Position numbers and translations under genes: made by a program. From an uncultured Nitrospinota bacterium (GTDB lineage: Bacteria > Tectomicrobia > Entotheonellia > J063 > CAVPRW01): a stretch of DNA of 64,000 nt. The stretch is taken from the NCBI GenBank assembly GCA_963707985.1, contig CAVPRW010000008.1, forward strand, positions 136,211-200,210, read 5' to 3'. Below are positions 1 to 10,563 of the stretch, in pieces. The notes beneath the pieces are model-generated. The model saw only the letters and a program-made list of their open reading frames with translations. It did not search any database and was not told the origin of the DNA. Each line of letters begins with the position of its first letter. The stretch's first letter is position 1.

Positions 1-1
1 C

Positions 2-1768
2 TTTCCCGTCCTCATCTGGGCAGCGCTCCGCTTTGGACCATCGGGTACCAGCGCAGCTACCGCCGTCGTGTCCTCCCTAGCCATCTGGGGAACAGCTCAC
101 GGGGGTGGTCCCTTTGCCGGTGGGACTTTTCATGAAGGTGTCTTGGCCCTCCAGACTTTTATGAGCATTGTCGCGGGGACGGTCCTGGTCTTAGCGGCGG
201 TGGTTGCCGAACGCAAGCGGGCTGAGCTGCGGCTGGTAACCCATGACGCCACGACACGCGTGTTGGCCGAAATGGCCACCCCCAGAGAGGCCATCCCCAG
301 GGCGTTGCAGACTATCTGTGAGAGCCTTGATTGGGACATGGGCACCCTCTGGCACATGGACCGCGAGGCCCAGGTGCTGCGCTACGGCGAGAGTTGGCAT
401 CGACCATCGCTCGGGCTCCTAGAATTTGCGGCCCCTCACCGATCTTATACCTTTGCCCCCGGTATCGGCCTGCCGGGGCGTGTGTGGGTGAGCAAGGAGC
501 CGGTATGGATTGTCGACGTGACCCAAAATGCCAACATCCCCCGTACCCCCATGGCTGCCAACGCTGGTTTCCACAGTGTCATTGCTGTTCCGCTGCAGTT
601 GGGGAGCGATATTCTTGGCGTGATGGAGCTTTTCAGCCGCGAGCGCAGACCACAGGATGATGAGCTCCTCCAGATGGTGGCAGCCCTCGGGAGCCAGCTG
701 GGCCAATTCTTGGAGCGCAAGCACGTGGAGGAGGCCCTTCGGGAGGGTGAAGAGCGCCTCCGCATTGCCCTCCAGGCCGGGCAGATGGGCACCTGGGAGT
801 GGGACATCACAACGGGTCAGGTGATCTGGTCTGAAACTCTCGAGGCCATCCACGGCCTGGCCCCCGGCACCTTCCCAGGCACCTATGAAGCCTATTACTC
901 CGACATTCATCCCGAGGATCGTGACCGCGTCGCCGACACGATTGCCAAGACGCTCAGCGGGGGCAGTGACCACTGTATCACATACCGGATTGTGCTCCCC
1001 GACGGCCGCGTGCGATGGGTGGAGCGTCGCGGCCGCCTCTTTGTTGACGATGGCGAGATGGGACGCCCCGTGCGCATGAGCGGGGTATGCATGGATATCA
1101 CCGACCGCAAGGGGGCCGAAGACCGACTGAAGGCCGCGCTCCGAGAAAAAGAAGTGCTGCTCCAGGAAGTACACCACCGGGTGAAGAACAACCTGCAGGT
1201 GATTTCCAGTCTACTTAGCCTCCAGGCGGGTTACATCGAGGATCCCAGGGGGCAGGCGATGTTTGCCGACTGTGGATATCGTATCCACTCTATGGCCCTC
1301 ATTTACCAAAGTCTCTACCAGTCGGAGAGCATGGCCCAGATTGACTTCAGGGCTTTTATCCAGGCGTTGGCCCGCGACCTCTTCCGTGCCTATGCCATCG
1401 ATGAGGAGCGCATTCGGCTGGCAGCCGCCGTCGATGACATCTCCCTCACGATCGATACCGCGATGCCCTGCGCGCTCCTTGCCCATGAGCTCGTCTCCAA
1501 TTGTCTCAAGCACGCCTTTCCCCAGGGGCGGGTCGGCCATATTTGGGTGACGTTTCGCCGTCTGCCAGACGGGAAGCTTCAGCTGCAGGTGCGCGATGAT
1601 GGCGTGGGCCTCCTCGATGCGGTAGCCCCTCACACTGTTGAGTCGTTCGGCCTCCAACTGGTGGATATCTTACGTGAGCAACTCCGTGCCACGCTGGAGC
1701 TGCAGCGACATCCGGGCACCACCGTGACGATGACGTTTGCCGAGCTGACCCATCAGAGCAAGAGCTAG
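2..1768 (+). CDS. MASE1-GAF-PAS-HisKA_2 sensor histidine kinase (5'-partial, runs off the window)
   Basis: Frame is open from base 2 (FPVLIWAALRFG, MASE1-like). GAF and PAS (GTWEWDI) segments follow, then the H-box EVHHRVKNNLQ and HATPase motifs ELVSNCLKHAF and DDGVG. Confidence 0.9.
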   Translation, partial: FPVLIWAALRFGPSGTSAATAVVSSLAIWGTAHGGGPFAGGTFHEGVLALQTFMSIVAGTVLVLAAVVAERKRAELRLVTHDATTRVLAEMATPREAIPRALQTICESLDWDMGTLWHMDREAQVLRYGESWHRPSLGLLEFAAPHRSYTFAPGIGLPGRVWVSKEPVWIVDVTQNANIPRTPMAANAGFHSVIAVPLQLGSDILGVMELFSRERRPQDDELLQMVAALGSQLGQFLERKHVEEALREGEERLRIALQAGQMGTWEWDITTGQVIWSETLEAIHGLAPGTFPGTYEAYYSDIHPEDRDRVADTIAKTLSGGSDHCITYRIVLPDGRVRWVERRGRLFVDDGEMGRPVRMSGVCMDITDRKGAEDRLKAALREKEVLLQEVHHRVKNNLQVISSLLSLQAGYIEDPRGQAMFADCGYRIHSMALIYQSLYQSESMAQIDFRAFIQALARDLFRAYAIDEERIRLAAAVDDISLTIDTAMPCALLAHELVSNCLKHAFPQGRVGHIWVTFRRLPDGKLQLQVRDDGVGLLDAVAPHTVESFGLQLVDILREQLRATLELQRHPGTTVTMTFAELTHQSKS

Positions 1769-1921
1769 ACCTATGACGTCTGTACGAATACTCAACGTTG
1801 AAGACGAGCATAAGGGTGGCCCAGAGAAAGACGATACACGTGAGATCGAAGACTCGCGCCCCTGAAACACGATGCCACAGACGAGGGTGAGGCACCTTCG
1901 TGTGCGCCAAGGAGAGACAAC

Positions 1922-3703
1922 ATGGCTGAGGTGGCTCCGAATACCTCCCTCTTGCACCCCAAGGGTTGCGTGGTCATGCTTGAGGACACCCTGATGACCT
2001 CGGAGCTTACCCGCCGCCGACCCAGGGCCCCTGATTACGCGTCTGAAAACGGTGTTCTGGTTGCTCTCGCCCGTGAGATGGCGGTCAATCCCTGCACCCT
2101 GCTGCAGGCGCTTGTCGACAAGACTGTGGACTTGTGCCGGGCTGGCACAGCTGGCATCAGCGTGCTGAAGACCGATAGCGACGGCGAGTATCTCGTTTGC
2201 GAAGCCCTCTCCGGCGTGTACGCCCCCTCTATCAGGAGCCGTATCCCCCGCCACTTCAGCCCCTCCGGCACAACGCTCGATCGGAATGCTCCCCAACTGT
2301 TCTCGTATCCGGCTCGCTATTTCACGTATTTCCCCCAGGCCGCTGCGCCCATCATCGAGGTGCTGGTCGTGCCGATATACGTCAGTGGCCGCCCGTGTGG
2401 GACGATATGGATTCTGGCCCATAATGCGACGCGCCAGTTTGATGCCGAGGATGTGCGCCTTCTGACGAGCCTCGCCGCATTTGCCAGCTTGGGGCTGCAG
2501 GTCATCTCTGCCCTGGAGGTAGCGCAGACCAACCGGATGTGGGGCGGGCCCGAGGTGCCGACGAGGACCGCTCACTGGGCTCAGCTGTCGGCGCCGGTCA
2601 GCCAGCAACAGCCAACTGTCGCGGCTCGCCGTACCGGCGAATGGCCGTTCCAGCGCCTGCTCGAGAAGCTGCCGGCAGCCGCGTACACTTGCGATCCCGA
2701 CGGGCTGATCACCTATTTCAACCCACAAGCGGTAAAGCTCTGGGGACGTGCTCCCAAGTTGAACGATCCGGTGGACCGCTTCTGCGGCTCCTTTAAACTC
2801 TTTACGACGCATGGTGTTCCGATCGCTCACGACGCCTGCTGGATGGCCCTGGCCCTGAAGATGAACCAAGAATACAACGGCCACGAGATTGTCATCGAGC
2901 GCCCAGACGGGCAACGTCTGACCGCCCTGGCCTATGCCAACCCCATGCACGATGCGACCGGCACGCTGCTTGGGGCGGTGAACGTGCTCGTGGATATCAC
3001 CGAGCGCACGCAGGCGGAGGCCCAGCTCCAGGCCTCCCTCCACGAGAAGGAAGTGCTCCTCAAGGAGATCCACCATCGCGTCAAGAACAACCTACAGCTC
3101 ATTGCCAGCCTGCTCTACCTGCAGTCCGACCACCTCAAGCACCCTGAGGACCTGGCCCTCTTTGAGGACACCCAGAACCGGGTGAAATCGATGGCACTCG
3201 TGCATGAAAGTCTCTACCATACGGGTGATCTGGCCCGCTTCAATTTTGCCCGCTACCTCGAGCGCTTGACCTCACACCTGTGCCAGTCCCATGGGGCAGA
3301 GCGTGCCGGCATCCGCCTCCACATGGCACTCGAGGAGGTGGTCCTGGACGGGGATACGGCCATCCCCTGCGGCCTCATCGTGAACGAGCTCCTGACCAAC
3401 GCCCTCAAATACGCCTTTCCGGACGGACGCGCCGGGACCATCCACCTCACGCTGCGGGCCGCCGGCGACCAGGTCACGCTGAGGGTCCGTGACACGGGCA
3501 TTGGCCTTCCCCACGGCTTTGATGTGCACACCACGGAGTCCCTGGGACTGCAGCTCGTCGGCATGATGACCGAGCAACTCGGGGGAACGCTCACGCTCAC
3601 AGGTGCCGGTGGCACGACGTGGACCGTCAGCCTTCCCTATCGTCTGCGGCAGGTCAAGGAGGAGGCGTATGGCCCCGGCCCAGATTCTGATCGTGGAAGA
3701 TGA
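1922..3703 (+). CDS. GAF-PAS-HisKA_2 sensor histidine kinase
   Basis: EIHHRVKNNLQ H-box, ELLTNALKYAF and DTGIG motifs, and a PAS segment (LPAAAYTCDPDGLITYFN). The start is uncertain. Confidence 0.9.
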   Translation: MAEVAPNTSLLHPKGCVVMLEDTLMTSELTRRRPRAPDYASENGVLVALAREMAVNPCTLLQALVDKTVDLCRAGTAGISVLKTDSDGEYLVCEALSGVYAPSIRSRIPRHFSPSGTTLDRNAPQLFSYPARYFTYFPQAAAPIIEVLVVPIYVSGRPCGTIWILAHNATRQFDAEDVRLLTSLAAFASLGLQVISALEVAQTNRMWGGPEVPTRTAHWAQLSAPVSQQQPTVAARRTGEWPFQRLLEKLPAAAYTCDPDGLITYFNPQAVKLWGRAPKLNDPVDRFCGSFKLFTTHGVPIAHDACWMALALKMNQEYNGHEIVIERPDGQRLTALAYANPMHDATGTLLGAVNVLVDITERTQAEAQLQASLHEKEVLLKEIHHRVKNNLQLIASLLYLQSDHLKHPEDLALFEDTQNRVKSMALVHESLYHTGDLARFNFARYLERLTSHLCQSHGAERAGIRLHMALEEVVLDGDTAIPCGLIVNELLTNALKYAFPDGRAGTIHLTLRAAGDQVTLRVRDTGIGLPHGFDVHTTESLGLQLVGMMTEQLGGTLTLTGAGGTTWTVSLPYRLRQVKEEAYGPGPDSDRGR

Positions 3704-4043
3704 ACGGATCATCGCGGCCGAGTTGTCGCGGCGCCTCACCCGCTTGGGGTATGCCGTGATCGCCACGGTCGGATCGGGAGCCGAGGCGATTCAACGGGCG
3801 CGGCTGGGGTGCCCGGATCTGGTCCTCATGGACATTGGCTTACCTGGGGAGATGAATGGCCTGGAAGCCGGGGCCCGCATCTGGGAGGAGCTCAAGATCC
3901 CCATTGTCTATGTCACGGCCTATACGGATGCGTTGACGATGGACCAGGTCCGCACCCCGCCGCCCGTGCTGACGGTCGGCAAGCCGTTTGATGTCGAACA
4001 GTTACGCACCACGCTTGCGCAAGCCCTGGCCGCCCCTCCATGA
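3669..4043 (+). CDS. Single-domain response regulator (receiver)
   Basis: ILIVEDE, DLVLMDI, VTAY and KPF motifs. GGAGG RBS precedes ATG 3669, which overlaps the kinase end. Confidence 0.9.
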   Translation: MAPAQILIVEDERIIAAELSRRLTRLGYAVIATVGSGAEAIQRARLGCPDLVLMDIGLPGEMNGLEAGARIWEELKIPIVYVTAYTDALTMDQVRTPPPVLTVGKPFDVEQLRTTLAQALAAPP

Positions 4044-4216
4044 GCCCGTGCCGCCACCGGGCCGCGGGCACCACACGCCTGGTCCAGGGGGCGGAGCGGG
4101 CGAAGGGGCAGGCGTGCTGGGGGGCTGGGGCCGGAGCGCTCGTCTCGGGAGCGCGGCTCTGCACAACCCCGCTTCCCCAGCAAAAAAGCTCTTCTTCCCT
4201 TCGTCGGGAGACTGTC

Positions 4217-4642
4217 ATGGGAGACCAGACGAGAACCACCGCCATTCTCGTATTCAATAAGGTTGGGCACGTTTTACTTCAGAAGCGCGACAACATCCCC
4301 ACGATCCAGGAGCCGGGGAAGTGGGATGTCTGGGGTGGTCACTGCGAGGCCGGGGAGACGCCTGAGGCGTGCGCCATCCGCGAGCTTTACGAGGAACTCG
4401 GCATCGAGATCGCCGATCTACGGGTCCTCAAGTTCCTCATGACGCGATCAGTGGACGGACGCGAAGAATTCGTGTTTGCCTACGTGTTCGAGGCTGATGG
4501 CACACCACCGGTGTATGAGGGCGAGCGAGCGGAGTGGTGTGCTCCCGAGGACGCAGCCGACCTGGCGATGGCGTTTGGGGCAGAACGGCTCTTTACCCCG
4601 GAGATAGTGGCGCAAGCCAAGGCCGCACTGTGCCTCACATGA
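4217..4642 (+). CDS. NUDIX hydrolase
   Basis: Nudix box GGHCEAGETPEACAIRELYEELG. GGGAG RBS before ATG 4217. Confidence 0.88.
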   Translation: MGDQTRTTAILVFNKVGHVLLQKRDNIPTIQEPGKWDVWGGHCEAGETPEACAIRELYEELGIEIADLRVLKFLMTRSVDGREEFVFAYVFEADGTPPVYEGERAEWCAPEDAADLAMAFGAERLFTPEIVAQAKAALCLT

Positions 4643-4702
4643 GCAAACAATCAGAACAACTATTCTGTCGGATATATGGCCACCTCAAAAACTCCCAAAT
4701 CT

Positions 4703-4843
4703 ATGACGAGGCGCGGCTCAGGCAAGATGCCGTTCCTCACGCACGAAGAGCTGAAGCACCTCTTGGCTGTTATCAAGGAAAAACGCCATCAGGCGCTCTT
4801 CCTCCTGGCCTACCGCCATAGGCTGCGCGCGTCGGAGCGTTGA
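4703..4843 (+). pseudogene. N-terminal fragment of a FimB/XerD-like tyrosine recombinase
   Basis: Manual translation gives MTRRGSGKMPFLTHEELKHLLAVIKEKRHQALFLLAYRHRLRASE*, which resembles the box I (L-R-x-x-E) region. Truncated. Confidence 0.6.
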
Positions 4844-5099
4844 CAATAGAGTCTAAAGCATTCATGCCCCGTGGCATGAGTTCAAAGATATGGTCGCGTA
4901 GGGCAATCCACTTCCTGGTGTCATCAACCAAGGGCTGAGCTCTTGGATCATTCCTTCCCATTGCTCCCTCGAGTACAAGTGTGTTGTCTAGCGGGCGGAT
5001 GAATCCCTGTACACGCAACTGCATAAGTTCGCGCCCAAGGGATGGCCCGTCCCCACGGGTGACGGCCGTCGGGGTGATCGCTGTGGCTGCGGAGGGAAG

Positions 5100-5699
5100 A
5101 TGGGAGCAACACATGACTCGCCTACCAGCAGTGTGCTCACGACGTCCGCAACGCGCCAGACTTCACCGATGGAAACCCTAGAGACGCTGCGCCACCTGAT
5201 CCTGCAACCGGAACGATCGCAACTTCGCCAACTGCAAGAACGCCTGGACAACCTCAGAGTGAGCTCCGAAGATGTCAGCCAGGTGCTGCCGGAAGCGGTT
5301 CTGCATCGTGCACGCCAGGATCATCAACTCACCAATGCGCTTCTGCCCACTGTCGAGGAAGCCATCCAGTCCTCGGTACGAAGGAATCCTCGCACCCTGG
5401 TGGAAGCCTTGTTCCCGTTGATGGGGCCGGCGATCCGCAGAGCTGTTGCGCACCGCCTCCGCAGCATGATCGCCTCCCTTGGCTACACCTTGGCCGTGAG
5501 CACTACGCTCCGGGGGCTGAAGTGGAGGCTTGAAGCGCTGCGGACTGGAGTACCCTTCGCCGAAGTGGTCCTGCTGCACACGTTGCGCTATCGGGTTGAA
5601 CAGGTCTTTCTCTTGCACCGGCAAACGGGGCTCTTGCTCCGGCAAGCCATGGTTGAGTCGGTGAGCACGCTGGATGACCTTGCGCGTGGTGCTGCCTGA
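5100..5699 (+). pseudogene. N-terminal part of an OmpA/MotB-family-associated protein (C-terminal OmpA domain absent)
   Basis: ALFPLMGPAIRRAV, YRVEQVFLLHRQTGLLL, typical of the OmpA-family gene that precedes bacterial Rab-like GTPases. Ends early. Confidence 0.6.
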
Positions 5700-5727
5700 G
5701 ATGCCTGGGAGATAAGGTACGAGAGCC

Positions 5728-6226
5728 ATGGTGCAGAAAAAGATATGCTTATTGGGCGCCTTCGCAGTGGGGAAAACCAGCCTCGTGACGCAGTTTGTCG
5801 ACAGTATCTTCTCCGACAAATATCATACCACCGTGGGCGTGCGGATCGAGAAAAAGGCCCTGTCGCTTGGGGGGGAGAGAGTGGCATTTGATCATTTGGG
5901 ATCTGGCCGGCGAGGATGAATTCCTCCAGTTCCGACCGTCCTATTTGCGGGGTTCCTCGGGGTATCTACTGGTGGCGGACGGTACGCGCCGTGCAACGCT
6001 CGATGCCGCCGTGAGGATGCAGCAGCGCGCGCGCAACACCATTGGTGATGTACCGTTTGTGCTCATGCTTAACAAGTCCGACTTGGCTGATGAATGGGAA
6101 GTTGCCGAGCGTACCGTCGAAGCCCTGTCAAGGAGGGGCTGGACTTGGCTGAAAGCCAGCGCGAAGACAGGTGCAGGTGTGGAGGAAGCCTTCTTAACCC
6201 TTGTCGCCAAAATGATGGAGGGGTAA
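5728..6226 (+). CDS. Ras/Rab-like small GTPase (frameshift at the G-run near 5869-5876)
   Basis: G1 GAFAVGKTS and G2 YHTTVG are in one frame. G3 WDLAG, G4 NKSD and G5 SAK are in the next frame. Confidence 0.85.
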
Positions 6227-7524
6227 ATGTGTGCGCTGCCCTCGCCAGTGCTTGAGTACTTGGGGAAGTTTATGGCGGCAACTGGCTCCCCAGGATATTT
6301 GCTGGTAGACAGGCAAGGGGGCCTGCTGGAGTGGGGGGGATCGCTCTCGGTCTATGGCCTCACGGATCTCAGATCCGGCGTCCCGATACTGAATCAGGTC
6401 GACTTTCTGGTGGGGTTGCTTCCAGGCACCGACACGGCGCTCTACTATCCGTGTGTCGAACTGGGTTCCGGCCTGTTTATCGACGTTCATGTGTTCCCTG
6501 CAGACAGGGGGGATTGGGTGTTATTGCTGGATGTCAGCTCCGAAGCACAGGAACGCCGCCAGTTGCATCAACGGATCCACGACTGGAAAATTTTCTTCAC
6601 GACGCCGAGGTATTCTGGGGTGCGGGAGCAGTGGGGGTGCTGAAATCAGGGCCGTGGAGGGAGCTCGACCGCTCGGCCAACGAGCTATATCTTGAGGCCT
6701 CGGCGGTGCTCTGGGACACTGGGAGGTTCTTGCTCATCGCCAACTCCGAGAATAACTACGAGGAGAAACGGTCTATTATTCAGAGGGCCCGGGAGAACAA
6801 TCTCCAGCAGCAGCGTTTCGGGAAGGAAGTGCAAAAGAAAGAGACTTTGGTACAAGCCATCGTCCACGATGTGATCGGCATGTTGACGCCAATTAAGGCC
6901 TGCTTTGCACTCCTCAGCAGTGAGAATCTAGGCCCCAAAGCCAGAAGGTGTGTCGAGCTGGGCCTACAGCAAACCACCAGGCAACAGATGCTGACTGAGA
7001 CGATTTTGGATGTGTTCTCCGCCGAAATGGGGGCGCTCGATCCGTTTACCAGAGATCCCACCCAGGCTCCGGACGTGATCCTGTGTGCGAAGGCGGTACT
7101 GGAGGCGATAGAGCCAGCGGCCGCCACGAAGCAGGTGACGCTGCAGCTACACCCAAGCATCGGCCCACAAAGGGAGCGGAAAGTCGTCGGTGAACGATTG
7201 CGTTTCGAACGCGTCATCTTTAACCTGGTCGAAAATGCCATCCGGCACAGTCCAGAAGGCACCCTGGTCACCGTGGGCGTGAAAAGCGAGGGGCAATACA
7301 TTTTGATTACCGTTGACGACGAGGGGAGTTATGTGCCGCAGGATATGGTGGGAGTGCTTTTTGAGAAACTCATCCAGGGTGGAGAGCGATCGGGACGATC
7401 CGGCTTGGGGCTGTATTTCTGCCGTCTAATGGTCGAACGTTGGGGCGGCACGACTGGATACAGCCAGCGTCCAAGAGGCGGCAACCGGTTTTGGTTGCGC
7501 TTACCTCGAGCCATCGTTCAGTGA
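6227..7524 (+). CDS. Sensor histidine kinase with PAS-like N-terminus (frameshift near 6580)
   Basis: N-terminus is in ORF 6227-6643. ORF 6331-7524 carries IVHDV, NLVENAIRHS, DDEG and GRSGLGL. Confidence 0.8.
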
Positions 7525-7747
7525 TGGGAATACACCGATGACCTGCATACGATGCGTCGAGAACAGGTCATGCATCGGTATGGGGTCACGCCATGGCATC
7601 CCATCGGCCAGGGTATAGATGTCTTCCTGAAGCTCATAGCGCAGATCGAAGGTCGAGTTGATCCTGTAGCCATACCGCGTATCGTACAGCACGGACCTGT
7701 GCGGTGGAGGACTCTATCTGGACAATGGTGGTAGGAATGAGTACCCT

Positions 7748-8791
7748 GTGGAGCCAGGAAGCTCTGGAGGTACTGCGATAGAGCAGCGGCGTCACAGGAG
7801 TGTCGACATGGTCTCAAGCAATGCCACAGTCCCTGACCTACAGGCCACACGGGTCGTGATTGACACCGACCCTGGTATTGATGATGTGGCGGCCATTCTG
7901 ATGGGAATCTCCAGTCGAGAGCTGCGGGTGGAGGCTCTCACCACAATCTATGGCAATGCCTCTGTCACCCAGAGTACGGTTAATGCGCTACGCCTCCTGG
8001 AAGCCGCAGGCCGGCAAGATATTCCGGTGTATCAAGGAGTAGGGAAGTGCTACAACATGGCAGAGCCCACGTATGCTGCCCAGGTGCACGGCAGCGATGG
8101 GTTTGGTGACATCGCTTGGCCGCGACCCACGACCTCACCACAGCGCCGCCATGCTGTCCTCGAGCTCATTGATCGGGTCCTCAGCGCTCCTGGAGAAATC
8201 ACCGTGGTGGCGCTGGGACGCCTGACCAATCTGGCACTTGCCATGAGTGTGGAGCCGCAGGTTGCCAGCGCGCTGCGCAACCTTATCGTGATGGGTGGAG
8301 CCATCACGGTCCCCGGTAACATCACGCCAGTCGCCAGCGCCAATCTGTGGGGTGATCCCGAGGCGGCTGATGTGGTCTATCGCTCTGGCGCCAAGATCGT
8401 CCAGATCGGCTTGGATGTCTGCGACCAGGTAGAAATTTCTGCCGCCCAACAACAACGCGTCTGGCGAGCAAACACCACGGCCACGCGACTCCTACAGACG
8501 CTCACCCCTAGCCTCCAAGCCAGTTACAGGCGGCGTGGCCTCCTACGTCATCCAGACCATATCCGCTACAATGATGTCCCCGCTATGGCCTATGTGATTG
8601 ATCCCTCACTCTTCAGCTGTCAGGAAGTGCATGTGCGCATCGAGACGCATGGACAGCTGACACGGGGGCAAACCGTGGCGGATCTCCGTGGCCAGGGTAA
8701 TGCACCGCCCAACGTCACCGTGGCCTTCGGGGTAGATGCCACGCGCCTCACAGACTTGTGGGTCGAACGTGTTGTGAATCTCCGCTGCTAA
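7748..8791 (+). CDS. Inosine/uridine-preferring nucleoside hydrolase
   Basis: DTDPGIDD motif, VHGSDGFG, MGGA..PGN. The start may be ATG 7808. Confidence 0.92.
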   Translation: MEPGSSGGTAIEQRRHRSVDMVSSNATVPDLQATRVVIDTDPGIDDVAAILMGISSRELRVEALTTIYGNASVTQSTVNALRLLEAAGRQDIPVYQGVGKCYNMAEPTYAAQVHGSDGFGDIAWPRPTTSPQRRHAVLELIDRVLSAPGEITVVALGRLTNLALAMSVEPQVASALRNLIVMGGAITVPGNITPVASANLWGDPEAADVVYRSGAKIVQIGLDVCDQVEISAAQQQRVWRANTTATRLLQTLTPSLQASYRRRGLLRHPDHIRYNDVPAMAYVIDPSLFSCQEVHVRIETHGQLTRGQTVADLRGQGNAPPNVTVAFGVDATRLTDLWVERVVNLRC

Positions 8792-8848
8792 GCGCCTGGT
8801 GGATGTCGGATAGATGGAGCGTAGTTCCAGACGTGAAAGGCGAGCCGA

Positions 8849-9760
8849 CTAAAGGCGTCCGGACAAAAATTGCTTCACGACCCGCTCAAAACCGCGAGGA
8901 TTATCCAGAAAGACATGGTGGTCGGCGTGCGGCACCTCAGCCAATTCGAGGCTAGGACACTGTGTCTGGGCCTCAGCGATGAGCTGAGGCGTGACGCGTG
9001 TGCTCCAGCCGCCCTTCACCACAAGGGTGGGAATGGTAATGTTCCGGCAGTGCGGGATCCCATCGAAGCTATTGCGCTGCGCATAGACCTTGCGGTCGAA
9101 CTTGTGCGTCCAAGTACCATCGGGGAGTTGTCGGCCCCCACGTTCGGCGAGATGGCGAATGATCTCCGGGGCGGCGGTGGTCCCATCAGGACGAAGCCGG
9201 TAGCGCGAGAGAAACTCTTCATGGGTGGCGTATCGGCTCCCCGGTCGGTTGCCGACATTGCGCAACATGGCCACACGCTCCTCGGGCATCCGTAATGTAG
9301 AGTCGACGATGATCAGGGCTCGGATCCGGCCGGGGTAGGTGGCCGTGTACACCAATGAGACCAACCCTCCCATCGAATGGCCAATCAGGACGAAGTCCCG
9401 CAGATCGAGCTGCTCTGCTATCCCTGCTAGGTCTGCAGCATGCGCCTCATAGGTATAATCTGGTGGGTTCATCCATTGGCTATCGCCGTGGCCGCGAAAA
9501 TCCAGGGCGCGCACATGAAAGTCGCTGATGAATCCCGGGGCAAAGAAATCGAACCAATGTCCATGTGCTGCGCCGCCATGGACGCAGAGGATCGGCGTGC
9601 GGCCAGCCGTGCCATAATCCAGGTAATGCAGTCGCGATCCGCCAACCTCGATAAAATGATCGGTGTAGGCGGCCGGCTGGAAGCCTCCCTCGGGTCGCTC
9701 AATACCTTCCTTTACATTGTCCTCACTGAAGTTTGCTGACATCATTGTGGCCCTGTCCAT
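8849..9760 (-). CDS. Alpha/beta hydrolase
   Basis: HGG oxyanion motif, DFRGHGDS, nucleophile elbow GHSMGG and a C-terminal His. Confidence 0.9.
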   Translation of the reverse strand: MDRATMMSANFSEDNVKEGIERPEGGFQPAAYTDHFIEVGGSRLHYLDYGTAGRTPILCVHGGAAHGHWFDFFAPGFISDFHVRALDFRGHGDSQWMNPPDYTYEAHAADLAGIAEQLDLRDFVLIGHSMGGLVSLVYTATYPGRIRALIIVDSTLRMPEERVAMLRNVGNRPGSRYATHEEFLSRYRLRPDGTTAAPEIIRHLAERGGRQLPDGTWTHKFDRKVYAQRNSFDGIPHCRNITIPTLVVKGGWSTRVTPQLIAEAQTQCPSLELAEVPHADHHVFLDNPRGFERVVKQFLSGRL

Positions 9761-9941
9761 CCATTCGGCGCCATCATACCGTTATTGTCAATCGTTAAAG
9801 GCCATCTGCCGCCTGACAAATGAATCGCACAGTGGCGTTCCCGAGGCAACTGACGGGAAAGCTATACAGGAATTTGACCTCGAGGTCAAATGGAAATTCC
9901 AGCTGGGTGCAGTATAACTCACGCCTCGACCTTGCCCTCCC

Positions 9942-9970
9942 TTGCCCCTTGGCGTCCAAAGAGCTATACT
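9942..9970 (+). promoter_or_regulatory. Putative sigma70 promoter for smpB(-ssrA)
   Basis: TTGCCC (9942-9947), 17-nt spacer, TATACT (9965-9970), 45 nt upstream of the smpB ATG. Confidence 0.55.
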
Positions 9971-10015
9971 AGGGGGTGCCGATCAAGAACTGTGACACGA
10001 AGGTGAGCTGATCAT

Positions 10016-10477
10016 ATGCCTGGCGAAAAGATCATCTGCACCAATAGACAAGCACGTTTCGATTACCATCTCGAGGAGAGCTTCGAGGCGGGTCTCGTCC
10101 TGCAGGGCACCGAAGTCAAATCACTGCGTGATGGACGGGCCAACCTCAAAGATAGCTATGCCTCGGTGGACAATGGCGAAATTTATCTGTACAACTGCCA
10201 TATCAGCCCATACCCGAACGGTGGGTATGCCAATCACGATCCCGAGCGGGTTCGGAAACTACTCGTGCATAAGCGCGAGATCCGCCGATTGGTTGGGAAA
10301 ACGCAGGAGCGTGGCTTGACTTTGATTCCCCTCAAGCTGTATTTTCAGCGCGGAAAAGTCAAGGTCGAGATGGCCCTGGCGCGTGGCAAGCGGCAGTACG
10401 ATAAGCGTGAAGACATGAAACGGCGCGACGCCGACCGCGAGATTGAGCGCGCCTTCAAAGAGCAGGTCCGCAACTGA
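10016..10477 (+). CDS. smpB: SsrA-binding protein SmpB
   Basis: [33 protein letters not shown] and GKRQYDKRE motifs. Adjacent to tmRNA. Confidence 0.98.
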   Translation: MPGEKIICTNRQARFDYHLEESFEAGLVLQGTEVKSLRDGRANLKDSYASVDNGEIYLYNCHISPYPNGGYANHDPERVRKLLVHKREIRRLVGKTQERGLTLIPLKLYFQRGKVKVEMALARGKRQYDKREDMKRRDADREIERAFKEQVRN

Positions 10478-10563
10478 GCGATGGTGGCGCATGATCAGGA
10501 CTGGGCACGTCGTGAAGACACGCTTCAGTCCGCGGCGTTCAGCATCCAGTACTCGTCTTCAAG

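Noticed and set aside
1670..3076. Long antisense ORF (468 aa) and similar shadow ORFs across the window
   Set aside because: They lie opposite well-supported genes in GC-rich DNA and have no recognisable motifs.
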